Origin: an uncultured Gammaproteobacteria bacterium
GTDB taxonomy: Bacteria > Patescibacteriota > Patescibacteriia > Magasanikbacterales > UBA922
Direction of reading: 5' to 3'
DNA: 64,000 bases
Assembly (NCBI GenBank): GCA_964447765.1
Contig: CAYUTO010000001.1
Location: forward strand, 28,110 to 92,109
Shown here piece by piece: positions 19,532 to 30,183 of the stretch; the stretch's first letter is position 1; each line of letters starts with the position of its first letter. The translations under genes and the position numbers were made by a program. The notes beneath the pieces were generated by a model. That model did no database searches. It was given only the letters and a program-made list of their open reading frames with translations, and was not told where the DNA came from.

Positions 19532-19927
19532 ATGCTTTCGATTAGTAAACAAACTGACTATGCGGTGGAGCTCATCTTGGCGCTTTCAAAGTTGAAAGAA
19601 AGTGAACTTTTGAGTCTACGCGTCTTTTCTAAACAAAGTACCATATCATTCTTGTTTTTACAACGGATTGCCAAGTCTTTGCGTGAGGCGAGACTGATTG
19701 AAGCTGTTCGTGGAATTAATGGGGGATATCGACTATTGAAACCTGCATCAACTATTTCGTTTCGAGAAGTGATTGAGGCAGTGCAAGGACCATTTTCCGT
19801 ACTTGCATGTACCAAGAGAGAAAAGTGTGAGCTTGAGGCTATGTGCACGGCAAAGCATGGACTTCGATCTGTCGAGACTGAAATTGCGGAGCTTCTTGGT
19901 TCACGATTTGTGGTATCTCAAAATTAA
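19532..19927 (+). CDS. Rrf2-family (IscR-like) regulator
   Basis: TDYAV, RGINGGY, three C-terminal Cys (C-x5-C-x5-C). Confidence 0.9.
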   Translation: MLSISKQTDYAVELILALSKLKESELLSLRVFSKQSTISFLFLQRIAKSLREARLIEAVRGINGGYRLLKPASTISFREVIEAVQGPFSVLACTKREKCELEAMCTAKHGLRSVETEIAELLGSRFVVSQN

Positions 19928-19928
19928 T

Positions 19929-21113
19929 ATGATGAAAAAGAAGAATCCAATCTATCTTGACTACGCTGCAGCTACTCCGGTTGATCCTCGTGTATTTGAA
20001 GTGATGAAGCCTTATTTTACTGATTCATTTACGAATCCTTCTTCACTGTACGCATCTTCCACAAAATTGTCAGAAACATATATTCAATGCAAGAAACAGG
20101 TCGCTGATTTTTTTCATACCACACCGGACAACATTACGTATGTAAGTGGGGGAAGCGAGTCTATTACCAGTGCGATTATGGGAATTGCACGTGCGCATGT
20201 GTTGCAGGGGAGACATATTATTACGACTACTATTGAGCATAGTGCTGTGCTCGAACCACTTCGTGCGCTTGAACGATATGGATTTGAAATTACCTATGTA
20301 CCTGTTGACGAACATGGTTTTGTTTCGGTTAAAGACGTTCTCAAAGCAATTCGAAAAGATACCATTCTTATTTCTATCATGCATGCTAATAATGAAATTG
20401 GTTCGATTCAGCCGATTGAAGAAATTGGGCGAGAAATTTTGAAATATAGAAAAAAAGAAAAAACTATTTTTCCTTTATTCCACGTAGACGCATGTCAAAG
20501 TATTCTCTATCTTGAGCGTTCAGTTGAAAAACTCCACGTAGACGCATTGTCATGTAACGGTGGAAAAATATACGGACCAAAATCTTCTGGAATTTTGTAT
20601 GTTCGACGAGGAATACAATTTGATCCAACGATTCTTGGTGGAGGACAGCAGGGCGGAAGACGTAGCGGAACAATCGATATGGCTATGGTTGTTGGTATCA
20701 CTGAAGCTATTAAGTTGATTCCTAAAAATTCAGAACATGAAAAAATTAAGTTGCTTCGTGACCGATTGTGGAATGGTATTAAGGTAAATATTTCTGATGT
20801 TATCTTAAATGGTCCTGACGTAAGTGATGAAAAACGATTACCAAATAATCTTAATGTTTCATTTATTGGAGCCCCTGGTGAAGCACTTGTGTTGTATCTC
20901 GATGCACAAGGAATTTGCGTCAGCACCGGATCTGCTTGTGCTGAGGATTCTCGATCAGGATCGCATGTACTTGAAGCTTGCGGGTATGAAGTATCTCGAA
21001 AAAATACTGCTATTCGGTTTACTCTTGGGAAAGATACTACTGAGGGGGAGATCAATCATGTGCTTGAGATTTTGCCTGATATTGTAGAGAAAGTTCGAAA
21101 TATGAACGCATAA
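19929..21113 (+). CDS. iscS: Cysteine desulfurase, group I (IscS/NifS)
   Basis: YLDYAAATP, KIYGPK, STGSAC; start trimmed. Confidence 0.85.
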   Translation: MMKKKNPIYLDYAAATPVDPRVFEVMKPYFTDSFTNPSSLYASSTKLSETYIQCKKQVADFFHTTPDNITYVSGGSESITSAIMGIARAHVLQGRHIITTTIEHSAVLEPLRALERYGFEITYVPVDEHGFVSVKDVLKAIRKDTILISIMHANNEIGSIQPIEEIGREILKYRKKEKTIFPLFHVDACQSILYLERSVEKLHVDALSCNGGKIYGPKSSGILYVRRGIQFDPTILGGGQQGGRRSGTIDMAMVVGITEAIKLIPKNSEHEKIKLLRDRLWNGIKVNISDVILNGPDVSDEKRLPNNLNVSFIGAPGEALVLYLDAQGICVSTGSACAEDSRSGSHVLEACGYEVSRKNTAIRFTLGKDTTEGEINHVLEILPDIVEKVRNMNA

Positions 21114-21117
21114 AACT

Positions 21118-22527
21118 ATGAGTAATAAACTTCAACCACATTTCACGATTGATCGAACTCTCTACGACGGGGCTAATGTTGATACCTCGAAATTTAAGAC
21201 GGCACCAGGATTGACTGAGCATATTGTTCGAGAAATTTCAGAGCAGAAGAGTGAACCGAGTTGGATGCTTGAGAAACGACTCAAGGCTTTTGAATATTTC
21301 AAACATACAAACCTTCCTACCTGGGGACCAGATTTGTCTGGTCTTAATTTGAACGAGATTATTTATTTTGCGCGTCCAAACACTGGTGAGTCAACCAGTT
21401 GGGATACGGTTCCTGATGATATCAAGAAAACATTTGAAAAATTGGGAATTCCTGAAGCTGAGAGAACTCAACTTGGTGGTGCTGGAGCACAGTATGATAG
21501 TGATGTCGTGTATCATAAAATCAAAGATGATCTGAAAGCTAAGGGAGTGGTATTTGAAAATATGGATGTGGCAGTACAGCAATACCCTGATTTGGTAAAG
21601 GAATATTTCATGACCCAGTGTATTCCCATTAATGATCATAAATTTATCATGTTGCATGCTGCGGTATGGTCTGGGGGTACGTTTATTTATGTTCCAAAAA
21701 ATGTAAAAGTGGATTTGCCTTTGCAAGCATATTTTAGAATGAACGCAGAAAAGGGTGGGCAATTTGAGCACACCCTCATCATTGTCGATGAAGGAGCAGA
21801 ACTTCATTATATCGAAGGATGTTCGGCTCCTCGGTATAATGCTAGTTCGCTACATGCGGGAGGAGTCGAAATTTTTGTAAAAAAAGGTGGACGATGTCGG
21901 TATTCGTCAATTGAGAATTGGTCAAAAAATACGTACAACCTTAATACTAAACGAGCACTGGTGGATGAAGATGCGGTGATTGAATGGGTAAATGGAAACA
22001 TGGGATCAGGAACAACGATGTTGTATCCTTCCTCAGTCCTTCGTGGACGAGGTGCGAGATCAGATAGTTTGGGAGTTGCATTTGCTGGACCTGGTCAGAA
22101 TCAGGATACGGGAGCCAAAGCGATTCATGTAGCTCCTGATACGAAGTCAACGATCAAGGCAAAATCTATTTCAGTAAACGGTGGAATTACGACGTATCGT
22201 GGACTCGTAAAAGTTGCAAAGAGTGCAGAGCGATCAAAAGTGTCAGTTGAGTGTGATGCACTTCTCATTGGGGACGATGCGATATCAAACACTTATCCGT
22301 ACATGAAAATAAATAATAGTACGACTGATATTGCACATGAAGCTCGGGTTGGGAAAATAGGGGATGATGAGATTTTTTATTTACAATCACGAGGACTATC
22401 AGAAGAAGCTGCAATGAATCTGGTAGTTTCAGGATTTATTGAACCAGTTATAAAATCACTTCCACTCGAATATGCACTTGAGCTGAATAAACTGATTGAG
22501 CTTGAGATGGAAGGCAGTGTAGGGTAA
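21118..22527 (+). CDS. sufB: Fe-S assembly scaffold SufB
   Basis: GQFEHTLII, YIEGCSAP, HEARVGKI, PLEYALE. Confidence 0.95.
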   Translation: MSNKLQPHFTIDRTLYDGANVDTSKFKTAPGLTEHIVREISEQKSEPSWMLEKRLKAFEYFKHTNLPTWGPDLSGLNLNEIIYFARPNTGESTSWDTVPDDIKKTFEKLGIPEAERTQLGGAGAQYDSDVVYHKIKDDLKAKGVVFENMDVAVQQYPDLVKEYFMTQCIPINDHKFIMLHAAVWSGGTFIYVPKNVKVDLPLQAYFRMNAEKGGQFEHTLIIVDEGAELHYIEGCSAPRYNASSLHAGGVEIFVKKGGRCRYSSIENWSKNTYNLNTKRALVDEDAVIEWVNGNMGSGTTMLYPSSVLRGRGARSDSLGVAFAGPGQNQDTGAKAIHVAPDTKSTIKAKSISVNGGITTYRGLVKVAKSAERSKVSVECDALLIGDDAISNTYPYMKINNSTTDIAHEARVGKIGDDEIFYLQSRGLSEEAAMNLVVSGFIEPVIKSLPLEYALELNKLIELEMEGSVG

Positions 22528-22623
22528 TAACTATATGTAACAATTTTTAAAATTAAGAAGCGCTGCGCCAGAGTCGTCGATCCCGAATGGGAGACTTGTC
22601 TGGTGCAGCGCGCATGGGTAGGG

Positions 22624-22902
22624 TCATGAGTCGTTCAGGCCGAGCTCCTTGGTCTTACTGACTCGGTTTATGAACTCGACATCTGAAGCTGGCTTTCGTG
22701 TAACTCGGGCGCAGACGTCGGCTTCAGGCTCACCATAGTATGGTTTTCCGACGATCGTGACCGTGTACACGTCTTTGTCTTCCTTGTTGAAGGAGTTGTG
22801 ATGTAGAACACCACCGAGATTCACGATGTGTTGGTTAAGTGCCGCAACAGCCGATTCTTCGTTCTTGAAGCCTTCGAACGTGATGAGTAGTTTGAACGAC
22901 AT
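22624..22902 (-). CDS. Orphan hypothetical protein inside the suf operon (cassette 4)
   Basis: AAGGAG RBS; promoter TTGACT(22970-22965)-16-TAGTAT; 3' hairpin 22560-22611. Confidence 0.7.
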   Translation of the reverse strand: MSFKLLITFEGFKNEESAVAALNQHIVNLGGVLHHNSFNKEDKDVYTVTIVGKPYYGEPEADVCARVTRKPASDVEFINRVSKTKELGLNDS

Positions 22903-22972
22903 GCTATTCTCCTTCGGGCGGTGAAGGTGCCCGATATATCAGATACTAACATTATTTATACAAAAGTCAATT

Positions 22973-24028
22973 ATGAAATCAACTCCCTATACAATTCACT
23001 ATGGTATAGGAATGCTCATGAACTTTGAGCCGCTTCTTTATGATACGCTCAAATTTCAAGTAGGTGCGAGTATGGTCTCGCTTTCCGATTCTGAAGAGGG
23101 GAATAAAAATGTAGTTCAATCAATTTTACAAAATAATGAAAAGCTTTCTTCGGTTGTTAATAATCATCTTACTTTTTTTCCACTATTCAACTTGGTGCAC
23201 ACACAACCAACTGATGAATTTTATTTTACGATTAAAAATACTAATAACTTGACTACGCACAAACTTTTCTTAGATATACAAAATTCTTCTCGAACGCATG
23301 TGGTGATTACTGTGGAAGATGGAGCGAAAGTGACTATTGTAGAATCAATGGTTGGAAATTCATATGTGGGATATGCACTCGATATTGTAGTTGGAAAAGG
23401 GGCTGAGGTTACGTTTGTTGCACATCCGGAAAATATGAGTATGAGAACCGTACTTCGAAATGCATATGTGCAAGAAAATTCTTTGATTAAGTGGTTGGAA
23501 GGAGTTATTGAGGGACAATTGATCCAATCACATATCCGAACCTATTTATATGAACCAGGGAGTCGTGCTGAAGTAAAGGGAATATTCGCACTTTCAGGAA
23601 CTACCGTTGTAGACATGTATCACTCAATGTATCACCTCGCATCTCATACTACGTCTGACATGCTTACCAAAGGAGTTTTGCAAGGTAAGTCACGTGCTAT
23701 GTATCAGGGACTTATTCATATTGATGAGAAGGCTATCGGGTGTACGGGGTATCAGAAACAAGATAGTTTGGTATTATCGGATAGTGCGGAAGTAAATGCG
23801 GTACCAAACCTTGAAATTGAGAATAGTGATGTAAAATGTTCGCATGGAGTAACGACTGCACATATTGATGGTGAAAAATTATTCTATGCGCAGAGTAGGG
23901 GAATTAATGAGAAGGATGCAGCGCAATTATTTGTAGATGGTCATCTCTCTCCTTGTATTGATGTAATTCCAGATGAAACTATGCGAATTGGATTGCAGGA
24001 AAGAATTCATCGAAATCTAGTTGTCTAA
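22973..24028 (+). CDS. sufD: Fe-S assembly protein SufD
   Basis: PNLEIENSDVKCSHGVT, FYAQSRGI. Confidence 0.88.
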   Translation: MKSTPYTIHYGIGMLMNFEPLLYDTLKFQVGASMVSLSDSEEGNKNVVQSILQNNEKLSSVVNNHLTFFPLFNLVHTQPTDEFYFTIKNTNNLTTHKLFLDIQNSSRTHVVITVEDGAKVTIVESMVGNSYVGYALDIVVGKGAEVTFVAHPENMSMRTVLRNAYVQENSLIKWLEGVIEGQLIQSHIRTYLYEPGSRAEVKGIFALSGTTVVDMYHSMYHLASHTTSDMLTKGVLQGKSRAMYQGLIHIDEKAIGCTGYQKQDSLVLSDSAEVNAVPNLEIENSDVKCSHGVTTAHIDGEKLFYAQSRGINEKDAAQLFVDGHLSPCIDVIPDETMRIGLQERIHRNLVV

Positions 24029-25232
24029 TATGAATAAAGATCTACGATCACCATTTAGTATCCTCAAAAACCGTCCTGAATACACGTATCTTGATAGTGC
24101 AGCTAGTGCGCTTACTCCGGATAGTGTTGTCGTAGCTATGAGTGAATATTACGAGCAGTATCGGGCTAATATTCATCGTGGTGTATATGCTGATAGCGAG
24201 AAAGCGAGTGCAGTATATGAACAGGTGAGAGAGCGGGTGGCGAAGTTTTTTGGTGCAGACAAAAATGAAATATTTTTTACGTCTGGCACGACTGATGGGA
24301 TTAATAAACTAGCGTATGGACTTGAGCATTTGATTACCAAAGGCGATGTAATTCTATTAACTGAGCTTGAACATCATGCGAATTTGATTCCATGGCAGCA
24401 ACTCGCTACTAGAACTGGAGCGACTCTTCGTTTTATTTCAGTAAACAAAGAAACATTTGAACTTGATTCTGATTTGGAAAAATATTTTGATTATAAAGTA
24501 AAGATTGTGAGTGTTACGCATGTTTCAAATACGCTTGGCACTGTTTTGCCAATTGAAAAGATCGTCAGACTTGCTCATGAGGTTGGGGCGCTTGTTATTT
24601 TTGATGCGGCACAGTCTGTTGCACATATGCAGATTGATGTGAAAAAAAATGATTGTGATTTTCTGGTTTGTTCTGGTCATAAAATGTATGGCCCAACTGG
24701 AGTTGGGATTGTATATGGTAAGACTGCTATATTGGGAAAGCTTAGCCCTGCAAGTTTTGGGGGAGACATGATTGATAGTGTGACGTATGAGGGAAGTGTC
24801 TGGGCGGAAATTCCCCGTAGGTTTGAAGCGGGTACGCCGAATATTGCAGGTGTGATTGGTCTCGGTGTTGCAGTATCTTTTATTCAAAATATTGGATTTG
24901 ATGTAATTGTTGCACATGAGAAAAATATAACCAAGAAATTGGTTGAAGCAGTGTCTGCACATGGAACATTGGTTGGTACGCATAATCTTGATTATAGAAC
25001 TGGTGTAGTATCATTTGCGATTGAGGGGATACACCCACATGATATTGCAGGGTTTTTGAATGAGAAGAATATTGCGATTCGTGCTGGTCATCATTGCGCG
25101 ATGCCACTTGTAAACAAACTAGGTCTGCCGCAGGGGACTGCACGTGCAAGTGTCGGAATATACACCACTGAAGAAGATGTTGATCGATTGGATAAAGCTT
25201 TGGGTCAACTTGTAAAAGCATTTAAGAAATAA
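24021..25232 (+). CDS. sufS: Cysteine desulfurase SufS
   Basis: YLDSAAS, SGHKMYGP, RAGHHCA. Confidence 0.93.
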   Translation: MSNMNKDLRSPFSILKNRPEYTYLDSAASALTPDSVVVAMSEYYEQYRANIHRGVYADSEKASAVYEQVRERVAKFFGADKNEIFFTSGTTDGINKLAYGLEHLITKGDVILLTELEHHANLIPWQQLATRTGATLRFISVNKETFELDSDLEKYFDYKVKIVSVTHVSNTLGTVLPIEKIVRLAHEVGALVIFDAAQSVAHMQIDVKKNDCDFLVCSGHKMYGPTGVGIVYGKTAILGKLSPASFGGDMIDSVTYEGSVWAEIPRRFEAGTPNIAGVIGLGVAVSFIQNIGFDVIVAHEKNITKKLVEAVSAHGTLVGTHNLDYRTGVVSFAIEGIHPHDIAGFLNEKNIAIRAGHHCAMPLVNKLGLPQGTARASVGIYTTEEDVDRLDKALGQLVKAFKK

Positions 25233-25235
25233 GAT

Positions 25236-25607
25236 ATGGATCACGGAATGGATACAATTTATCGAGAATATATTCTGGATCTTTATCGCAATCCGAAGAA
25301 TAAAAAAAAGATTGAGGATGCTACTAATACGGTAAGCAAGAATAATCCGACCTGTGGAGATCAGATAACGATATATATGAAAGTCGAAAATGGAAAAATC
25401 GTTGAGGTGGGGTTTGAAGGAACAGGGTGTGCAATATCCCAAGCATCTGCGTCACTGTTTACCGAGCATATTAAAAATAAAGATATTAATGAGGTAAAAC
25501 AAATGAAAGATACGGATGTGCTTGGATTGCTTGGGATCGATGTGGGGATTAATCGAGAAAAATGTGCGTTACTTGTCTTCAGAGCATCTCAAGAATCACT
25601 TATATAA
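25236..25607 (+). CDS. sufU: SufU/NifU-like sulfur-transfer protein
   Basis: NPTCGD, GCAISQASAS, REKCA. Confidence 0.9.
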   Translation: MDHGMDTIYREYILDLYRNPKNKKKIEDATNTVSKNNPTCGDQITIYMKVENGKIVEVGFEGTGCAISQASASLFTEHIKNKDINEVKQMKDTDVLGLLGIDVGINREKCALLVFRASQESLI

Positions 25608-25614
25608 ATATATT

Positions 25615-26343
25615 ATGAGTTTACATATACAAAATTTACATGTCTCAGTAGAAGAAAAACCGATCGTAAAGGGGTTGAATTTGGAAATTAAAGCAGGGGA
25701 AGTACATGCCATCATGGGACCAAATGGTTCTGGTAAATCAACATTGGCGAATACTTTGCTTGGGCACCCGAAATATACGGTTACTAGTGGAACGATAGTG
25801 GTAGATTCAGTTGATGTGACTGAGATGTCTACAGATGAGAAAGCAAAGCATGGGCTGTTTCTCTCGATGCAATATCCTCCTGAGATCGAAGGAGTGACGA
25901 TTTCTAATTTTTTGCGGCTCGCGTATAATGCACTCAAGGGCACTGCAGTGAATCCTCTTGAGTTTCATCGAAAATTAGTTGAAAAAATAAAAGAGTTTGG
26001 AATGGATCCAACATTTGCGACTCGATATGTGAACACAGGATTTTCTGGGGGAGAGAAGAAGCGGGCTGAGATTCTGCAGTTGGCAGTGCTTGAGCCAACA
26101 TACGCAGTTCTTGATGAGACTGATTCAGGTCTTGATGTCGACGCATTGAAAATCGTATCAGAGGGGATTAAAGCTTTTAAGAATGAGAAGACTGGAGTTC
26201 TGCTTATCACACACTACAACCGTATTCTTGATTATGTGGTTCCTGATGTGGTGCATATTATGATTGATGGCACTATTGTAAAAAGTGGGGGACCAGAGTT
26301 GGCGCATGAAGTGGAAAAAGATGGATATGCAACGTTTAAATAA
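25615..26343 (+). CDS. sufC: Fe-S assembly ATPase SufC
   Basis: GPNGSGKST, FSGGEKKR, LDETDSGLD; start trimmed to MSLHIQ. Confidence 0.95.
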   Translation: MSLHIQNLHVSVEEKPIVKGLNLEIKAGEVHAIMGPNGSGKSTLANTLLGHPKYTVTSGTIVVDSVDVTEMSTDEKAKHGLFLSMQYPPEIEGVTISNFLRLAYNALKGTAVNPLEFHRKLVEKIKEFGMDPTFATRYVNTGFSGGEKKRAEILQLAVLEPTYAVLDETDSGLDVDALKIVSEGIKAFKNEKTGVLLITHYNRILDYVVPDVVHIMIDGTIVKSGGPELAHEVEKDGYATFK

Positions 26344-26346
26344 TAT

Positions 26347-26643
26347 ATGGTCACCAAAGAAGAAATTCTAGAAAAATTAAAAACCGTGTTTGATCCCGAG
26401 GTCCATGTAGATGTGGTTACTATGGGTCTTATTTATGATGTTCGTGTGGATGAGGTGAAAAATAAAGTTGAGGTAACTATGACGTACACCACACCATTTT
26501 GCCCGTTTGGTCCGCAGATTACTGATGAAATTCGTGAGACCATTATGTCTTTTGGGTTTGAACGAGAGTCTGTTCATATTGATGTCACCTTTGATCCACC
26601 TTGGGTAGCGCCACCAGATTTGCGGGTTGCAATGGGGGTGTGA
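26347..26643 (+). CDS. SufT/PaaD-like (DUF59) Fe-S maturation factor
   Basis: DPE...TTPFCP...FDPPW. Confidence 0.88.
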   Translation: MVTKEEILEKLKTVFDPEVHVDVVTMGLIYDVRVDEVKNKVEVTMTYTTPFCPFGPQITDEIRETIMSFGFERESVHIDVTFDPPWVAPPDLRVAMGV

Positions 26644-26653
26644 TACGTCCCTG

Positions 26654-26771
26654 TGTCATTCCGAGCGACCGAGTCTTCGAGGAAGTCGAGGAATCCCTTG
26701 TTTATAGTAGATATAAGCGTAATGCAAGGGATTCCTCGACTCGTCGGTTGCACTCCTCGCTCGGAATGACA
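26654..26771. repeat. Nested palindromic REP/RPE-like miniature element
   Basis: 15-bp terminal IR TGTCATTCCGAGCGA/TCGCTCGGAATGACA; 17-bp inner IR 26684-26700 / 26725-26741. Confidence 0.85.
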
Positions 26772-26786
26772 GCTAAAATTCAAATT

Positions 26787-27089
26787 ATGAATGTACAACC
26801 AAAGAAAATCGAAGTATGTTGTGGTGGGGATTGTATGATCGCGGGTGCTCATGCTGTTTTGGGTGTACTTGAAGAAAAGTATTCGGAAACTGAAACCGAG
26901 GTTCGGATGTGTGGTTGTATTGATCAGTGCGAAAAGGCGGTAAACGTAATCGTTGACGAAAACCAAATTTTTTCGTATAGTAATCCCGCTACTATTGTTG
27001 AGAGGATAGAGAAAACTGATGGTGAACCGTATAAGAAGTTTGATACCAATAGTCTTGATCTTACGAATGATTTTTTAGGTGATTTATAG
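26787..27089 (+). CDS. Thioredoxin-like [2Fe-2S] ferredoxin (NuoE-like)
   Basis: C-x4-C ... CIDQC pattern; start trimmed to MNVQPKK. Confidence 0.75.
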   Translation: MNVQPKKIEVCCGGDCMIAGAHAVLGVLEEKYSETETEVRMCGCIDQCEKAVNVIVDENQIFSYSNPATIVERIEKTDGEPYKKFDTNSLDLTNDFLGDL

Positions 27090-27091
27090 TT

Positions 27092-27382
27092 ATGTCTGAT
27101 ATCGAACCAAAACTACCTGACAATTTACCAGAAGACATATCAATGAAAATACGAAAAGGCGGAAAGATCCGTCGTATTGTGGTTGATCGCCAGGCCTGTA
27201 TTGGAGCACAGTCGTGTGTAGTTGTGGCACCAGGAGTATTTCAGATGGATGATGGGAATCTCGCGTATGTGACTGATCCTGAAGGAGCTGATGATGATAC
27301 GATCATGATGGCAGCACAAGTTTGTCCTGTACTTGCCATTTATCTCTACGATGAAGAGGGGAATAAGTTGTTTCCAAACTAA
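27092..27382 (+). CDS. Single-cluster ferredoxin, probably [3Fe-4S]
   Basis: CIGAQSC...CP; the second Cys is replaced by Ala. Confidence 0.85.
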   Translation: MSDIEPKLPDNLPEDISMKIRKGGKIRRIVVDRQACIGAQSCVVVAPGVFQMDDGNLAYVTDPEGADDDTIMMAAQVCPVLAIYLYDEEGNKLFPN

Positions 27383-27409
27383 AAACCGCCCTTTCGAGCG
27401 GTTTTTTTG

Positions 27410-30046
27410 TTACCCAATCTTCAGTCCTTCTTTTGACACATCAATGGTTACAGTATCACCCTCACCGACACTTTTCTCAATAATTTTCATTGCAAGTTTA
27501 TCGAGGAGTTCGGTCTGGATGACACGCTTGAGAGGGCGTGCTCCCAGGTTTTCATCATATCCTTTTTTGGCAAGCCAATCTTTGGCTTTGTCTGATACGG
27601 CGAGTTTGATTTTTTGTTTTTCCAGACGCTTCATTACATGCTCTAGTTGTAAATCTACAATTGAGCGAATTTGGTCTTCTTTGAGCGGGTGGAAGACAAT
27701 GATTTCGTCGATACGGTTCAAGAACTCTGGTTTGAATTGTTCGCGAAGTGCATCAAAGATTCGTTTGTTTATTTCTTCTTGCGACTGTTTATGAGCATTC
27801 GCTCCTTTTCCTTTTTCTCCAAATCCGAATTCTCCACGCTTGCCCATCTGCACAATAAGGTCACTCGCAATATTACTCGTCATGATGATGACGGTGTTTT
27901 TGAAGTTTACTTTTCGACCTTTGGCATCAGTCAGGTGTCCATCTTCTAATATCTGAAGCATGATATTGAAAATATCTGGATGCGCTTTTTCTATTTCATC
28001 GAATAGAATGACAGAGTATGGTTTTTTTCTTACAATCTCAGTGAGCTGTCCGCCTTCATCAAAGCCGATATATCCTGGAGGACTACCAATCATTTTACTA
28101 ATCGCGTGTTTCTCCATATACTCGGTCATGTCGACGCGGACGAGTGCATCTCGATCGTTAAATAGGAATTCAGCCAGTGTTTTTGCGAGTTCAGTTTTTC
28201 CGACCCCTGTTGGACCCATGAAGATAAATGATCCAATCGGGCGCTTCTCTTCTGATATTCCAGCGCGGTTTCTGCGGATTGCATTTGCGACAGCTCCGAT
28301 CGCTTCAACTTGTCCTACCACCTGTTTGCCTAGTTCAGCCTCCATTTTTGCAAGCTTGTATACTTCGTCTTCGAGCATTTTGTTTACGGGAATTCCGGTC
28401 CATTTTGACACTACTCGAGCGATGTCTTCCTCGGTCACTTCTTCTTTCAAGATTGAACTTTTCTTTTGTAGATCTGCAAGCTTGGCTTCATATTTCTTGA
28501 TCGCTTCTTCAATAACTGGAATTTTTCCATATCGAATTTCAGCAACTTTTTGTAAGTCGCCTTTACGTTCCATGATTTCAGCTTCTTGTTTTAATTTATC
28601 AATTTCTTTTTTATGCTCACGCATTTTGGTAATGATTTCTTTTTCATTGCCCCATTGCATCTCGATTTCTTTACTCTTTTCTTTGAGGTTTGCTAATTCT
28701 TCTTTGAGTAGTTTTTCACGTTCTTTGGAATCAGTATCGGTCTCTTTTTTGAGTGCACGAAGTTCAATGTCTATTTTCATTATTTTTCGTTTCATTTTGT
28801 CGAGGTCATCAGGCATGGAATCAATCTGCATTTTGAGCGCACTTGCGGCCTCATCTATCAGATCAATTGCTTTGTCTGGGAGAAATCGATCGGTAATGTA
28901 TCGGTCAGAAAAATTAACTGACGCTACAATAGCAGGATCGGTGATTCGTACCCCATGATGGATTTCATATTTTTCTTTGATACCACGTAAGATTGCGGTG
29001 GCATCATCAAGCGATGGTTCGTGTACCATGACGGTTTGGAATCTGCGCTCAAATGCTGCATCTTTTTCGATATGTTTCTGATGTTCTTTAATCGTGGTTG
29101 CACCAATAATATGGAGTTCACCTCGAGCAAGCCCAGGTTTCAGCATGTTTGACGCATCAACTGCGCCTTCTGAGCTTCCCGCACCAATGATTGTATGAAG
29201 CTCATCAATAAAGAGTACTATTTGACCGTTACTATTCGTAACTTCTTTTATTACTGCCTTAAAGCGTTCTTCAAATTCTCCTCGGAACTTGGTTCCCGCA
29301 AGGAGGGATCCGATATCAAGAGAAATTACTTCTTTGTCTTTGAGGTTTTCTGGTACATCACCATTTACGATACGCTGAGCAAGTCCTTCGACAACAGCAG
29401 TTTTTCCAACCCCTGGTTCACCAATGAGTACGGGGTTATTCTTTGTACGACGAGTGAGTACTTGCATGACGCGGCGAATCTCATCATCACGACCGATAAC
29501 TGGATCAAGTTTTTCTTTTCTGGCACGGTCGGTAAGATTCATCCCGTATTTTTCGAGTGCTTGATATTTACTTTCTGGTTCAGGTGAGTCTACTCGTTGG
29601 TTACCGCGAATTGATTGGAGGACCTTCAAGACTTCGTGGTAATTTGCGCCTTCCTGACTTAGAAAATCACTAATAGGATTTTTGCCCGTAAGAAATGCCA
29701 AAAGTAGGTGTTCTACGCTGATAAATTCATCCTTCATCTTCTGAGCTTCGTTGTTTGCATTCTGAAGAACAAAGAGTGTCGCTTGTGAGAGGGTGACTTG
29801 CCCCATACCATGTGCGCCGATTGGTTGTTTTGGTAGGTGATTGATGAGCGCTTGCGTATTACTCTTTATTTCTTCTACACGGGCGTTTAGTTTTTTGAAT
29901 ATAGAAACAACGACTCCCTCGTCCTCATTAATCAAAGCTAAGAATAGATGTGGGGGATCGATCTGCTGTTGTCCATTTTCATGGGCAATAGTTTGTGCGT
30001 TTTGAATAGCTTCTTGAGATTTGTTGGTAAAGTTTTGGGGCATCAT
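27410..30046 (-). CDS. clpB: Chaperone ClpB
   Basis: Two AAA+ modules ([16 protein letters not shown]) and a coiled-coil middle domain with AEIRYG. Confidence 0.96.
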   Translation of the reverse strand: MMPQNFTNKSQEAIQNAQTIAHENGQQQIDPPHLFLALINEDEGVVVSIFKKLNARVEEIKSNTQALINHLPKQPIGAHGMGQVTLSQATLFVLQNANNEAQKMKDEFISVEHLLLAFLTGKNPISDFLSQEGANYHEVLKVLQSIRGNQRVDSPEPESKYQALEKYGMNLTDRARKEKLDPVIGRDDEIRRVMQVLTRRTKNNPVLIGEPGVGKTAVVEGLAQRIVNGDVPENLKDKEVISLDIGSLLAGTKFRGEFEERFKAVIKEVTNSNGQIVLFIDELHTIIGAGSSEGAVDASNMLKPGLARGELHIIGATTIKEHQKHIEKDAAFERRFQTVMVHEPSLDDATAILRGIKEKYEIHHGVRITDPAIVASVNFSDRYITDRFLPDKAIDLIDEAASALKMQIDSMPDDLDKMKRKIMKIDIELRALKKETDTDSKEREKLLKEELANLKEKSKEIEMQWGNEKEIITKMREHKKEIDKLKQEAEIMERKGDLQKVAEIRYGKIPVIEEAIKKYEAKLADLQKKSSILKEEVTEEDIARVVSKWTGIPVNKMLEDEVYKLAKMEAELGKQVVGQVEAIGAVANAIRRNRAGISEEKRPIGSFIFMGPTGVGKTELAKTLAEFLFNDRDALVRVDMTEYMEKHAISKMIGSPPGYIGFDEGGQLTEIVRKKPYSVILFDEIEKAHPDIFNIMLQILEDGHLTDAKGRKVNFKNTVIIMTSNIASDLIVQMGKRGEFGFGEKGKGANAHKQSQEEINKRIFDALREQFKPEFLNRIDEIIVFHPLKEDQIRSIVDLQLEHVMKRLEKQKIKLAVSDKAKDWLAKKGYDENLGARPLKRVIQTELLDKLAMKIIEKSVGEGDTVTIDVSKEGLKIG

Positions 30047-30086
30047 AGAAAATATAGAGTAATTAGAATAATCTGTATCCTACAAA

Positions 30087-30113
30087 TTATCACTCTCTTT
30101 GTGTGAGTGCTAA
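30087..30113 (-). promoter_or_regulatory. CIRCE element (HrcA operator) of clpB
   Basis: TTATCACTC-N9-GAGTGCTAA, one mismatch to TTAGCACTC-N9-GAGTGCTAA; just after TTGACA(30142)-16-TATAGT. Confidence 0.88.
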
Positions 30114-30183
30114 TACTATAGCATACTCGCCAAAAGTGTCAACTTGTGTTAGTATAGCATAATTATCCATGATTTAGGGATCT

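Noticed and set aside
26601-26786. N-terminal extension of the [2Fe-2S] ferredoxin ORF
   Set aside because: It is translation through the palindromic repeat; ATG 26787 is the more plausible start.
27960-28958. 332-aa + strand ORF
   Set aside because: Antisense shadow of clpB; Ser/Phe-rich, no motifs.
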